DNA of 64,000 nt, taken from NCBI GenBank assembly GCA_001661245.1, contig KV454017.1:837903-901902 (forward strand). The letters run 5' to 3'. This document shows positions 43,713-54,320 of this stretch, in pieces. Source of the DNA: Pachysolen tannophilus NRRL Y-2460 (lineage: Eukaryota). The first letter of the stretch is position 1. Every line of letters starts with the position of its first letter. A program made the position numbers and the translations under genes. Under the pieces are notes generated by a model that saw only the letters and a program-made list of their open reading frames with translations, made no database searches and was not told the DNA's origin.

Positions 43713-46517
43713 ATGTCGATCGACTATGATAATTATAATAATGGCGGTCTATTGGCGGATCGCTATTTGAAAGTTGAAGACATCAGCGAAGGTTCGTATG
43801 GTATTGTTTCCTTGGCTAAGGATACTAAATCTAATGATAGATTAGTCGCCGTTAAATATATTACACAATTTGTCAGAAACAACGACAAAAATGATGACCG
43901 TCCAAATGGATATGAAAACCATGATAATGGTAAAATTGAAGCTAATTTTCTCAGGAATGAAAATGGTAATGTTGATTGTGATGGTTTAGAAGGGAAATCA
44001 AATATCAATCGTGAAAAAAAGAAAAAAATTGACAAGACAGTTATCTTGGAAGAAGCTAAACAAGAAATTGATATCTTGCATAAATTAAACTCTCATCCAC
44101 ATATCACTACATTGTACGATTCATTTGATACATATTTGATTTTAGAATATTGTTCAAGAGGTGACATGTATGAAATTATAAGAAGTCATTCAGGTCCTAC
44201 ATCCACAAGTGATGTAATTGATGTTATGTCACAGTTAATTGATGCTGTTCAGTATGCTCATAGTTTGGGTATCTATCATCGTGATATTAAACCAGAAAAT
44301 ATTTTAGTTTCTGAAGATTGGTCAGTAAAATTAACAGATTGGGGATTAGCTACTACTGAAAAAATTTGTACCGATTTTGATGTAGGTAGTGAACGTTATA
44401 TGGCTCCAGAATTATTTGACCATAAAAATACAGATTCTTATGATGCTGAAAAATGTGACATCTGGTCATTGGGTATTTGTCTTTTAAATATTGTCTTTGG
44501 TAAAAATCCTTTTACCGTTGCTAATCCTTCCGATAAAGTGTTTGTTAATTTTGCTGCCAATAGAGAAACTTTATTTGATATATTTCCAACCATGTCATAT
44601 GAATTATTTGGTGTCTTGAGATCAGCATTAACATTTGATCCAAGTAATAGAAATTTAGACACAATTAAACATGAATTGTCAACTGTTAAACATTTAACTC
44701 TTGATTATGACTTGGAACCACTGCTCTCAGATAATGATTCGTCTACAACTACAGGTGATATTCAAGTAACAAGAGAACATGAAAGATCAAAATCTATTCC
44801 TGCTATTTCTTCACCAGAAAGAAAATTGATTCATGGTAATAGGAAACCATTGGCTATTCCAATCACTCATATTGCTTATAACCATTATAATGGTAATAAT
44901 AATCATAACACCAAGAAATCCAATAACTTTGATGGTAATTACCACCGTCAAGATTACTTTACACCAAAGACGGGTAATAATAAATATTGGGATAGAATCG
45001 ATAAAACACGTAAAGACCTTAAGAACATTAGAACCCCAAGATTCAGTTACAAGAGAAATGTTAACAATAACAACAATAACAATATTAATAATAATAAGAA
45101 TAACAATAATGGCAACAATCATAACCAAGCTCGTGTTTGGCGTAAAAGCAAGAGCTTTAAGAGACCAAACGCAAATAACAATCGTCACATTATTACTGAA
45201 AATGTTATTAATATTAATAATATTGATCATTCAAAAGAAGCAAATAGCAATTCGAAACACAGAGGTTCATTTAACTCGTTTTCTTCGGGTACCAGTAAAT
45301 ATGTACCTCCAAGTTTAAGATCTCCACATTTATATCCTACTGCACTGGATTCTCTTCTGAATGATTCAGCACAAGAATTAATGCAGAGAGGAGAAGTCGT
45401 GGTAGATGAAGATGTTATTGACGATGAGGATTTTGATGATGATTTATTCATGTTAGAAGAACATAGAGACGTTGATCAATTTTCAAAGGACTTGGAGGCA
45501 TTAAATTTAAAAGATTCAAATGTAAATGGTGATAATAATAAATCATTCAACAATTACTTTAACAAGAAAAATTCGCATCAATATCTGAAACCACCAATTT
45601 TCGATAATCCGGCATTACTTAGTTCTTCTTCAACCAAGACTAATGGTTCTGTAGATATTAAAAACACTCCAAGAGGTTTATCCAAACCCTTGAGTGTTAA
45701 TAATATATCAGCCAATTCTTCAAGACCATCAACTGCTAATAGAGTTCATAACTTTTTAAGTCATGGTAATGCAACATCAGAAATCAATCCTGTCATTACA
45801 CAGGAACAACCATTTTTGGTACCAACTATCAGCAATAAGTCAATAGGTACAACAGGCTCACCAGAATCTACTCCGGTAATGTCAACTTCTGTTGATAATA
45901 AGAAAGGTGTTTATGTTCCACCACATCATCGTCGTAAGAGTCATTCTGCTGTTGTTGGTGTTAACAATCAAAATAATAATAACAATTCTGGTTTTGTTAA
46001 AAGAAATATGAACAGATTTGGATTTTCCAATGCGCATAATAACACTCATATAAATCATTCACAGATCCTGAAAAAGAGAGAAATGAAGCCGGGTATAGAA
46101 CATGTTTCGTCATCTGTTCCAACTATTACTACTAATTGGTTTAAATTTTCTAACAATAATAATAATAATAGTAATAATGATAATCAAAATAAACATCATC
46201 TCATTGGTAAGATTAATGAAAGTCACGATAAAAATTTTGACGAGGAGTTTGATATCAATGATATGTATCATACTTTTTCTAAGATGAGTACGAAAAGTAG
46301 TGATAAGACTGTTTTCGATAACAACGCTAATAGTCAAGGTCCTAGAAATTCTAAAAATAAGTATTTGGGTGTGGTTGTTACTTCTTCTTCGTCAAGTGGT
46401 AGTGCTTCAGATGATGGGTTGCGTAATTTTGATGCTGATAGTAATACTTTGAAAGATGGTGATTATGTCAAATTTTCATCTCGTGTTCTTGATTCTGGCA
46501 TTAAAGATATCAGTTGA
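43713..46517 (+). CDS. KSP1: Ser/Thr kinase Ksp1 (first ATG 43713, MSIDYDNY)
   Basis: ISEGSYGIV, VAVK, HRDIKPEN, DWG in place of DFG, GSERYMAPE and DIWSLG, followed by a long Asn-rich tail. Synteny with SAM35, STE12 and LRP1. Confidence 0.85.
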   Translation: MSIDYDNYNNGGLLADRYLKVEDISEGSYGIVSLAKDTKSNDRLVAVKYITQFVRNNDKNDDRPNGYENHDNGKIEANFLRNENGNVDCDGLEGKSNINREKKKKIDKTVILEEAKQEIDILHKLNSHPHITTLYDSFDTYLILEYCSRGDMYEIIRSHSGPTSTSDVIDVMSQLIDAVQYAHSLGIYHRDIKPENILVSEDWSVKLTDWGLATTEKICTDFDVGSERYMAPELFDHKNTDSYDAEKCDIWSLGICLLNIVFGKNPFTVANPSDKVFVNFAANRETLFDIFPTMSYELFGVLRSALTFDPSNRNLDTIKHELSTVKHLTLDYDLEPLLSDNDSSTTTGDIQVTREHERSKSIPAISSPERKLIHGNRKPLAIPITHIAYNHYNGNNNHNTKKSNNFDGNYHRQDYFTPKTGNNKYWDRIDKTRKDLKNIRTPRFSYKRNVNNNNNNNINNNKNNNNGNNHNQARVWRKSKSFKRPNANNNRHIITENVININNIDHSKEANSNSKHRGSFNSFSSGTSKYVPPSLRSPHLYPTALDSLLNDSAQELMQRGEVVVDEDVIDDEDFDDDLFMLEEHRDVDQFSKDLEALNLKDSNVNGDNNKSFNNYFNKKNSHQYLKPPIFDNPALLSSSSTKTNGSVDIKNTPRGLSKPLSVNNISANSSRPSTANRVHNFLSHGNATSEINPVITQEQPFLVPTISNKSIGTTGSPESTPVMSTSVDNKKGVYVPPHHRRKSHSAVVGVNNQNNNNNSGFVKRNMNRFGFSNAHNNTHINHSQILKKREMKPGIEHVSSSVPTITTNWFKFSNNNNNNSNNDNQNKHHLIGKINESHDKNFDEEFDINDMYHTFSKMSTKSSDKTVFDNNANSQGPRNSKNKYLGVVVTSSSSSGSASDDGLRNFDADSNTLKDGDYVKFSSRVLDSGIKDIS

Positions 46518-46797
46518 AAATTTTATAAGAGAATCTTCTGAGATTTCTATTTAGTATTTGTTTTTTATATGGTTTGATTAAAAAGTAAATTACAAATAAA
46601 AAATTTTATTTTTAAAAAAACAAAATGATAATTTAATAATCTATATTATTTATTATTATACTATATATGTTATGTTGTGGAAGGACAATTAATTAATTTA
46701 TTATTCTTTTTTGTATCATTTTTGAAGAAAAGCTATATTTATTAATTTTGAAAAATAATCATCAGTTTAATTTTAGAAATCAAAATTTAAAAAATTA

Positions 46798-47949
46798 TTA
46801 TATAAATTTATAGCTGGAAATTAACCAAATTACTGCAATTAATATTAACAAGATACGCCCTGTTTTCTCAACACTATGGATTGGATTATTGGTAACTTCA
46901 TCACTTGAATCGAATTTTACATCGATTTCATGTTTTTTTATTTTCAAGTCATCTTCTTCAACGGTAACAAAAGTTTTATTTACATAGTTACCGTTTTCAT
47001 CATGGTTTGCAATATATAAGATATCTTCATCTGGTTCATCTATTACGACTTTTTGAACATTACCAAAGAAATCTGTAATCAATACATTAGATAAATCTCT
47101 TTTAAATAAATCTTTCCTTACCCCTGCATGTGAATGAATATTTTCAAAAGTATAACTATCAATCAAATCTTGAATTGTCTTATTTGAATTTTTATCAATA
47201 TTTTCCAAAAAATCCAAATTGAAATAAGTAAATCTATCAATCACTGCGACTCCTATTTCAATATCTGAATGATGAGAATATGAGCTTTCATTTAATCTTG
47301 AAGATCCAACAGCTAAAATATTTGGTGAATAAAATTTAGTATACATAGTATTAGCCTGACAAGTATCTATCATGAAAAAAATTTCATTATAACGTTTCTT
47401 TTCATACATTTGTTCAAAAGCATCTGCTAAATCATAAGAACTAATTTCTTCAGCATCTTGGAATTTTAAAAATTCATCCCCTCCATGACCAGTCATATAT
47501 ATGAAAATATTTGATCTTTCATCAGTTAAAAGTCTCTTGGAACTAGGTTGCTCTGGACCCCATCTATCAGTTAACAATCGAATAAAGTTTTCCACAGTAA
47601 CTTCATAACCTCTATAATCAACTTCTATATTATCACCATATAAATCTATTGCTCTATCAGCATTATTGAAAACTGATCCAGGAAATGCATTTCTTGGATT
47701 ACAAGCAATATCATCAGCCAACATCAATATAATCTGTGAATCTGGTATACCTAATTTCTTCACAGTCCTATACATACTTAAAACATTTGCCATATGACGG
47801 TAATTAAACCAAAATCTTGAAGTTGATATTAAAACTGCCCAGTTGTTTGTATGACGTGAATCATCATTACTTTCAATTAACTGTTCTTGAGACACCACAA
47901 ACGTAGCTAATACCAAAACAACATATATTATCACCCCACCAAGATTCAT
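46798..47949 (-). CDS. GPI8: GPI transamidase catalytic subunit
   Basis: Signal peptide, HTNNWAVLISTSRFWFNYRHMAN, catalytic TGHGG and IDTCQA, and a C-terminal TM helix. Confidence 0.97.
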   Translation of the reverse strand: MNLGGVIIYVVLVLATFVVSQEQLIESNDDSRHTNNWAVLISTSRFWFNYRHMANVLSMYRTVKKLGIPDSQIILMLADDIACNPRNAFPGSVFNNADRAIDLYGDNIEVDYRGYEVTVENFIRLLTDRWGPEQPSSKRLLTDERSNIFIYMTGHGGDEFLKFQDAEEISSYDLADAFEQMYEKKRYNEIFFMIDTCQANTMYTKFYSPNILAVGSSRLNESSYSHHSDIEIGVAVIDRFTYFNLDFLENIDKNSNKTIQDLIDSYTFENIHSHAGVRKDLFKRDLSNVLITDFFGNVQKVVIDEPDEDILYIANHDENGNYVNKTFVTVEEDDLKIKKHEIDVKFDSSDEVTNNPIHSVEKTGRILLILIAVIWLISSYKFI

Positions 47950-48139
47950 TCTTTCAACAATATAATAATTAATAATATTTCCTCCTTGTATCTTTATTTA
48001 ATCAATTTGTAATAAAATAAAATAAATAAAAAATTATAAATAAAACAAATTTTAGGAAATTTATTATAATTTTTAAAATTTTTATAATTTAATAATTTTA
48101 TTATAAGAATCTTGCAAAGACATTGAGAGAAATCTATAG

Positions 48140-50077
48140 ATGATTAATCTCTTTACGAAATCAATAGCAGGTAATCGATTATTAAGAAGTTATTCTAGGA
48201 ATTTATTTACTACAAGTGTAAGATTAGAGCAACAAATAACATCCAATGTTAAAAGGATTGAACCTGTTCATAAACTTATTCATAAACCTGTTCATTTAAG
48301 ACCGTATCAACATGATTGTATAGAAGCTTGTTTAAAAGCTTTAAATAATAATGTCAAGAGAATAGTGGTCAGTATAGCTACTGGAGGAGGTAAGACTGTT
48401 ATTTTTTCCAATTTAATACCAAAGATTAAACCAAATACCACAACTAGTCGAGGGAATAAAGTATTGATATTGGTACATAGAAGAGAACTAGCTGCACAAG
48501 CTGCAAATACAATAAACAGGTTTTTACCTAATTATTCTGTTGAAATTGATATGGGGGATATGAAAGCAAGTCAAAATGCTGATATTACAATTGCTTCAGT
48601 TCAGACTTTGAATAGTCTTGAATGTAAAAGATTATTTAATTATAACCCAAATGATTATAAAGCGATTATAGTTGATGAATGTCATCATGCAGTTTCCAAG
48701 ACTTATATGAATATATTTGATTATTTCAATTATAAAGACTCTGGAATACCTATTATTGGATTTTCTGCAACTGTTCAACGTCATGATAAGATTCCATTAG
48801 GTAAAATTTTTGAAAAAGTGGTTTTCAATAAAGATTTATTAGATATGATTACTGAAAATTGGTTATGTGATGTTTCAATTACTCCTGTATATGGTTCTTT
48901 AAAATTAAATTGTGTCGAAATAACTAAAAGTGGTGATTATGATATTGGTAGTTTAGCAAAATATGTAAATACAAATATCATTAATGAATTGGTTTTAAAA
49001 ACATACCTTGATCGACGTATAAAAGATGGATTTAAATCATCATTGTTTTTTTGTGTAAATATCGAACACGTTAAAGAATTGTCCGATTTATTTAGGCAAA
49101 ATGGTGTAAATTGTCAATATGTTACTGGAACTAGCTCAAAGCAAGAAAGGCAAGCTATAATAGATGATTTTAAAAATGGTAAAATTGATGTGTTGATGAA
49201 TTGTGGGATATTTACCGAAGGTACAGATATTCCAAATATTGATTCTATATTTATTGTTAGACCAACAAAATCTAGACCCTTATTGATTCAAATGATTGGA
49301 AGAGGCTTAAGATTACATGATACAAAGCAGAAATGTCATATAATAGATTTTGTTGATTCTGGTGATACAGGTATAGAACTTTCGCCAACTTTAAATGGTC
49401 AAATTCCTAAAAAAGGAACTGCACTATTTCCACAAAATAATACAAGAAATGAATCAGGAATTCAGGAGATTGAAAGTGTGGAACAAGTTCAATATATCAC
49501 TTATGATAGCATTCATCAGTATTTGGAAAATGTAAAACCAAAAAAACATGATGATTTCGTTTCTTTCTTGAAAGATGAATTACCTTGGGTAAGAATTGGA
49601 CGAAAATCATGGGTATTGGAATTAAACTTTACTGATTTTTTAAGAGTCGATTTGGAATCCACAGGGCTTTATCATCTTAAGAAATATAAAAATGTCGGCA
49701 AGATAATAAAGATAAAACCAATTTTAGTGTGTAAATCTAAAGATTTAAATGAAATTTTTGCTGAATCTAAATTATACATTGAAAATAATGGTATCAATTT
49801 ATATAAACTTTTAATGAGAGATAAAGCTCTATTATTAACCAAGAAACAACAAGATTTCTTGAATAAAAAATTAATAGACGTTGCTTCAAGATCACCAAAA
49901 ATCGATCTAGATAATTTTCAAAAAATTTTGAACAAAATTCTTCCAGAAATGAGAAGGTATGAAGCAACAGATTTAATTTTTGGCTTTATTGTTGGAGGAA
50001 GATATTGTCTAGAGGAATTTATTAAAAACAGAATTCTCATTAAAAAGAATGTAGATAAAAATAATTTATTGCTGTAG
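48140..50077 (+). CDS. IRC3: Mitochondrial SF2 DNA helicase Irc3
   Basis: Presequence, LRPYQ, ATGGGKT, VDECHH, GFSAT, FTEGTDIPNID and QMIGRGLR. Confidence 0.9.
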   Translation: MINLFTKSIAGNRLLRSYSRNLFTTSVRLEQQITSNVKRIEPVHKLIHKPVHLRPYQHDCIEACLKALNNNVKRIVVSIATGGGKTVIFSNLIPKIKPNTTTSRGNKVLILVHRRELAAQAANTINRFLPNYSVEIDMGDMKASQNADITIASVQTLNSLECKRLFNYNPNDYKAIIVDECHHAVSKTYMNIFDYFNYKDSGIPIIGFSATVQRHDKIPLGKIFEKVVFNKDLLDMITENWLCDVSITPVYGSLKLNCVEITKSGDYDIGSLAKYVNTNIINELVLKTYLDRRIKDGFKSSLFFCVNIEHVKELSDLFRQNGVNCQYVTGTSSKQERQAIIDDFKNGKIDVLMNCGIFTEGTDIPNIDSIFIVRPTKSRPLLIQMIGRGLRLHDTKQKCHIIDFVDSGDTGIELSPTLNGQIPKKGTALFPQNNTRNESGIQEIESVEQVQYITYDSIHQYLENVKPKKHDDFVSFLKDELPWVRIGRKSWVLELNFTDFLRVDLESTGLYHLKKYKNVGKIIKIKPILVCKSKDLNEIFAESKLYIENNGINLYKLLMRDKALLLTKKQQDFLNKKLIDVASRSPKIDLDNFQKILNKILPEMRRYEATDLIFGFIVGGRYCLEEFIKNRILIKKNVDKNNLLL

Positions 50078-50162
50078 AAATTTTAGGAATTAAATTATGA
50101 TGAATTTTATAGATTTTTTTCAAACATATAAACCCAATTAATAAATAACTATAAAGAATTCA

Positions 50163-51827
50163 CTAATCCTTATCCACTTCTAGTAATATAGATGCATTAT
50201 TTAGTCCTGCATCTTGTATAGTTTCATCCAATTTTTTAATCAAGTTTGTTCGTTGACTTGTCAAAGTGAAAATTTTACTATCTTTAACTAGATCATTTTT
50301 AATGTATTCATAAATAACACGTACTTTATCCATCCTTTTGAACCTGCGTACAATTCTTTTACCATCTCCAGTACGAATCTGAATCCTTGTTGTCGTATCC
50401 AGGTTATTATCTGGTTCTTCATGAGCTACAGGTAAGATAGTTGCAAACACTTCATCATCTGTTAATTCTTCTACTGGTTTCTGTTTCTTGTCAATAAGAG
50501 ATTTCAGTTCATCTTTTGATATTTCAATTACTTCACTATCATCTTCGTCATCGTTGAAAGCATTGTTATTATTTTTATTTGTATCATCTTCATCACTCAT
50601 TTCTTCAAATCTATCAGAATAATCTTCATCTTCAGTATCCAAAGAAATAGGGTTATTATAGCTGGATTCTTCAACAACTCCTTCTTTAATTTCTTCATCT
50701 TTACCTAATGACAGTCTTATAGCTAAATCTAATTGTTGTTCTTCTGATAAAGTTGAAGGATTTACTTTTGTCTTATGAGATACTATAGGGTTCACATGAC
50801 CGGCTTCTAATGAAAATCTTCCTAAGAAATCAACCACATCTTCTATCCATTCTTTTACATTAGGTACTGTACTCCACATTTTCAATCTTTCTCCTGTCTT
50901 TGGATCTAATACTGCAATATGAGGATATTCTGTGAAAGGGTAAAAATTTTTATATTCCATTCCTAATTGTGAATCATGATGATATTGTAAAAAGATGAAA
51001 TTTTCTGTAACTATATTCTTAATTTCTGAATTTTTCCAAAAATCTCTATTAAGCATTTGACATAAGAAATTTGAATTATCTTGAATGTTAATTAATATCC
51101 ATTTTTTTTGAACTCTTCCAATATTTTTAGCAGTATTTAAATCGACTTTCTCAATAATATCCCAAGGAGGACTAAACAATTCCGCCAACCGCCGTTGATG
51201 AGGAGTTTGTCTTCTGGAAGATGATCTTGTACTTACAGAAGAAGATTGTCTTATTTCTCCATCGCTTCCCAATGCCAAGTCGTAATCATCCTCGGGATCA
51301 TCTTCTTCTTCTGCGCTATTACCTGAACCCCCACTACTAAACCTTTGATTAAAAATTCCAGCTTGTCCACTTCCAAAAAGCATCTCCTGGATAGGAGGCG
51401 GTTGTGAAATATTGTGCTGACTTAACATTGGGTGGAAAAAAGCGCCACTACCGTCATCAACAAGTCTTTCGTAAGTAGCACCAATTGGAGCTCTCACTTC
51501 ATCCTGATTATTATTATTATTATAATTGTTATTATTATTCGTATTGATATTTTCATATTCGTTGCTTTCACCATTCTGATATGCATCGTTTTGTAATCTT
51601 TGAGCAAGCCCTTCGTCATCTTCAACTGGAATGTGTGATTCAACATAATCGCTATTGCCGCCATTGCCGCCATCGCTGCCACCATTATGAATTGGCCCGC
51701 CATTCTCTAAAAACAATGTAATGGCGGTTTCAACATCACCACCAGCAACTTCTAAAAAATTTTTAGCAGAATCCACATCTGTTGTATTCGTAACTGCAAG
51801 AAAAGTATCAATTGACTCCGAATCCAT
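50163..51827 (-). CDS. UBX5: UBA-UAS-UIM-UBX Cdc48 cofactor
   Basis: N-terminal UBA-like domain, RLAELFSPPW, KWILINIQ...CQMLNRDFW (UAS), SEEQQLDLAIRLSL (UIM) and TRIQIRTGDGKRIVRRF (UBX). Confidence 0.9.
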   Translation of the reverse strand: MDSESIDTFLAVTNTTDVDSAKNFLEVAGGDVETAITLFLENGGPIHNGGSDGGNGGNSDYVESHIPVEDDEGLAQRLQNDAYQNGESNEYENINTNNNNNYNNNNNQDEVRAPIGATYERLVDDGSGAFFHPMLSQHNISQPPPIQEMLFGSGQAGIFNQRFSSGGSGNSAEEEDDPEDDYDLALGSDGEIRQSSSVSTRSSSRRQTPHQRRLAELFSPPWDIIEKVDLNTAKNIGRVQKKWILINIQDNSNFLCQMLNRDFWKNSEIKNIVTENFIFLQYHHDSQLGMEYKNFYPFTEYPHIAVLDPKTGERLKMWSTVPNVKEWIEDVVDFLGRFSLEAGHVNPIVSHKTKVNPSTLSEEQQLDLAIRLSLGKDEEIKEGVVEESSYNNPISLDTEDEDYSDRFEEMSDEDDTNKNNNNAFNDDEDDSEVIEISKDELKSLIDKKQKPVEELTDDEVFATILPVAHEEPDNNLDTTTRIQIRTGDGKRIVRRFKRMDKVRVIYEYIKNDLVKDSKIFTLTSQRTNLIKKLDETIQDAGLNNASILLEVDKD

Positions 51828-52103
51828 CTTTCTTCTTATTTCCCAACGCTTCCTTAAGATTCCTTATTATTCCTTGTGATTTCCAACTATATATTATTTC
51901 TTATTGATTGTTCTTCAGAATCGCCACTAGTTGTTTAAATTTTTAAATTTTTAAAAATTTTATTACATTTATTATTACATTTAGGTAAAATAAGAAAATT
52001 GGTTTAATACAAAATACAATGAAAAAACGATAATACAATAAAAACGATGATGATTAGATTATATTACATAGAAGTATATAGAAACTAGTTGCAATGGATT
52101 TTT

Positions 52104-52794
52104 TTATTCTCTATTTCTTTCGGAGGAATAAAATTGGTGAGGGAAAATCATTTGTTCTACAGTTTTCTTTCTGTGATCATTTTCATCTTCTTCCTCTGTA
52201 TCTGTTACATTACTGCTAATACTTTCTTTTTGTAATTTTTCCTTAGTGGGTGTATAGTATCTCTTATACCTTGTCTTCTTGCCTTCGGTGTCTCTTTTTG
52301 CAATTAAATCTTTGATGCTGTTTCGTCCAACTACCAGAGGCAGCGTTTCTGGTGGATTCAACCTTACCGATCCTGATAATGTCTTATTTTTTTTCTTGCC
52401 TTCTGGGTTGTTGGTTTCATTGTTCCTACCTGATGCGAGTGAAGCTGAAGAGTGTGAATTGTAGTCATTATGAGATGGTGGTAGTAACTGCAGAGGAGGC
52501 GGCGGCGGTGGTGGCAGTGGCAGTGGCAGATGCAGATGTGGCAGATGTGGCAGTTGCAGTTGCAGTTGCAGCGGCAGAGGCAGTGGTGGCAGTGGCTGCA
52601 GTAACGGCAAGGAGGACATCATGAATTGCGGTGGCACTAAAAACATTCCTGGAGGAGGTGGGAAAAAGGGAAATGGATGTTGTTGATCTCCTTGATTTGG
52701 ATTTTGTTGAAAGAATTGAGGTGGCGGCGGTGGGAAAGGCAGACCCACAAAGGGTTGGAAACTTTGATTTGGATTTTGTTGTTGCTGCTGTTGT

Positions 52795-52847
<53 letters not shown>

Positions 52848-54242
52848 TTGCAGCAGTTGCAGCAGCTGCTGATGCTGCTGTTGTTGTTGTATAAACTGTT
52901 GCGTTATGAAATCCTGTTGTCTCTTTGCTTCTTCTTCTTCTTCTCTTTTTCTCTTTAATTTTTCATTTTCCAATTTTTCTTTCAATTGTTTCTGTTTTTT
53001 CAATTCTTTATCTTTACGTTTTTGAATTGTATACTTTCTATATTCTTTATCTTCATTTTTTTTCCAATATTCAAATAATGCCAAATCTGATTCTATTTCT
53101 TTTGAAGATAATCCATTAACATAAGAAATTTCTTTAACCAAAGGTTCTAAAGATTCTTTAAAAATATCTTGTTTTTGAAGTATACTATTTTTTAAAAGTT
53201 TTTTAAATCTATTTTCAACTTCAATAGAGATTTCATTTTCAGCTTCTTTATTATATAATGAATGATTTTTTCTTAATGATTTTCTATATTGTAATTGATT
53301 TGATCTTAAAATTTGATTCTTATTTGTTCCATTAAATTCATTTTCAATTTGAAATTTTTCTTTATATAAAGAATTAATTATTTTTTGTTTCCCATCAGAT
53401 TGATTTTTTAAAAATTGTTTCCAAATAATATTTCTATTATTTTCTGTATCTTTTTCAATCATTTCTGCTTGGTAATTATATCTATTTTTAATAATTTGTA
53501 AATTTTTTTCAAAAGGTTTTAATAATTGATTAAACAGTTCATTATACATTGGAATTTCTAATTTTGTAGGTTGTAAAGGAGGAGATGGTGGTGGAGATAA
53601 ATTTTCTAAATCTTCACCAGTTATAGAATTTAATCTTCTCTTTTTATTAATCAACTTATGATAATAATGAGGTAATTCTGTACTATAGACTTCATCAATA
53701 TAAGGTCTTTGTAATGCTATTGAATCTTCAAATTTCGTAAAATTTTTATTAATTGTCTTTGTTGTTGAATTAACAATTGAAATTAATTCATCAATTCTTG
53801 TAATTCTTGAATTTGCAAATTCCAGTGATAAATCTTTATAATCACTTGATAATTTAGCTTCTAATTTATTTATCTCTGAAATATCTTCAAGTTTATTTAT
53901 TTTTTTATTTATTAAATCACAATCTTCAATACTAAGAAATTTAGAATCATCCAATGATATTTGTAAATTTTCCTTTTCTTTTTCTTCAAGTTTCAATTGC
54001 AGCTCTTGTTTTAATTCTAATTCTAATTCCAACTCTAATTCAAGATCATCATCATAATCATCAGTATGACCATCAACTTCAGTTTTAGTACCCACATTTA
54101 CAACTTTCTTATTTTTAGTACCATTATCAGTATTAAAAGATTCCATAGTATTTGAAAATGATTTCCCAGAATCTTTTCTTTCAAACTCTGAAGCATCTGA
54201 TCCATCCAGTATCAAGTCTCCAACAAACCCAGAATCACTCAT
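52104..54242 (-). CDS. Coiled-coil protein, possibly Dep1/Sds3 family (Rpd3L HDAC subunit), with Q- and P-rich tracts; first ATG 54242
   Basis: RYNYQAEMIEKDTENNRNIIWKQFLKNQSDGKQKIINSLYKEKFQIENEF and VNGLSSKEIESDLALF resemble the Sds3-like domain pattern. Recognised by eye only. Confidence 0.45.
52775..52890 (-). repeat. Coding polyglutamine (CAA/CAG) repeat
   Basis: (tgttgc)n on the + strand corresponds to alternating CAA-CAG codons. Confidence 0.9.
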
Positions 54243-54289
54243 CACTCTTGAGAAACTCGAAAGAATGTCTAGAAATGAAAATAAAATTT

Positions 54290-54320
<31 letters not shown>

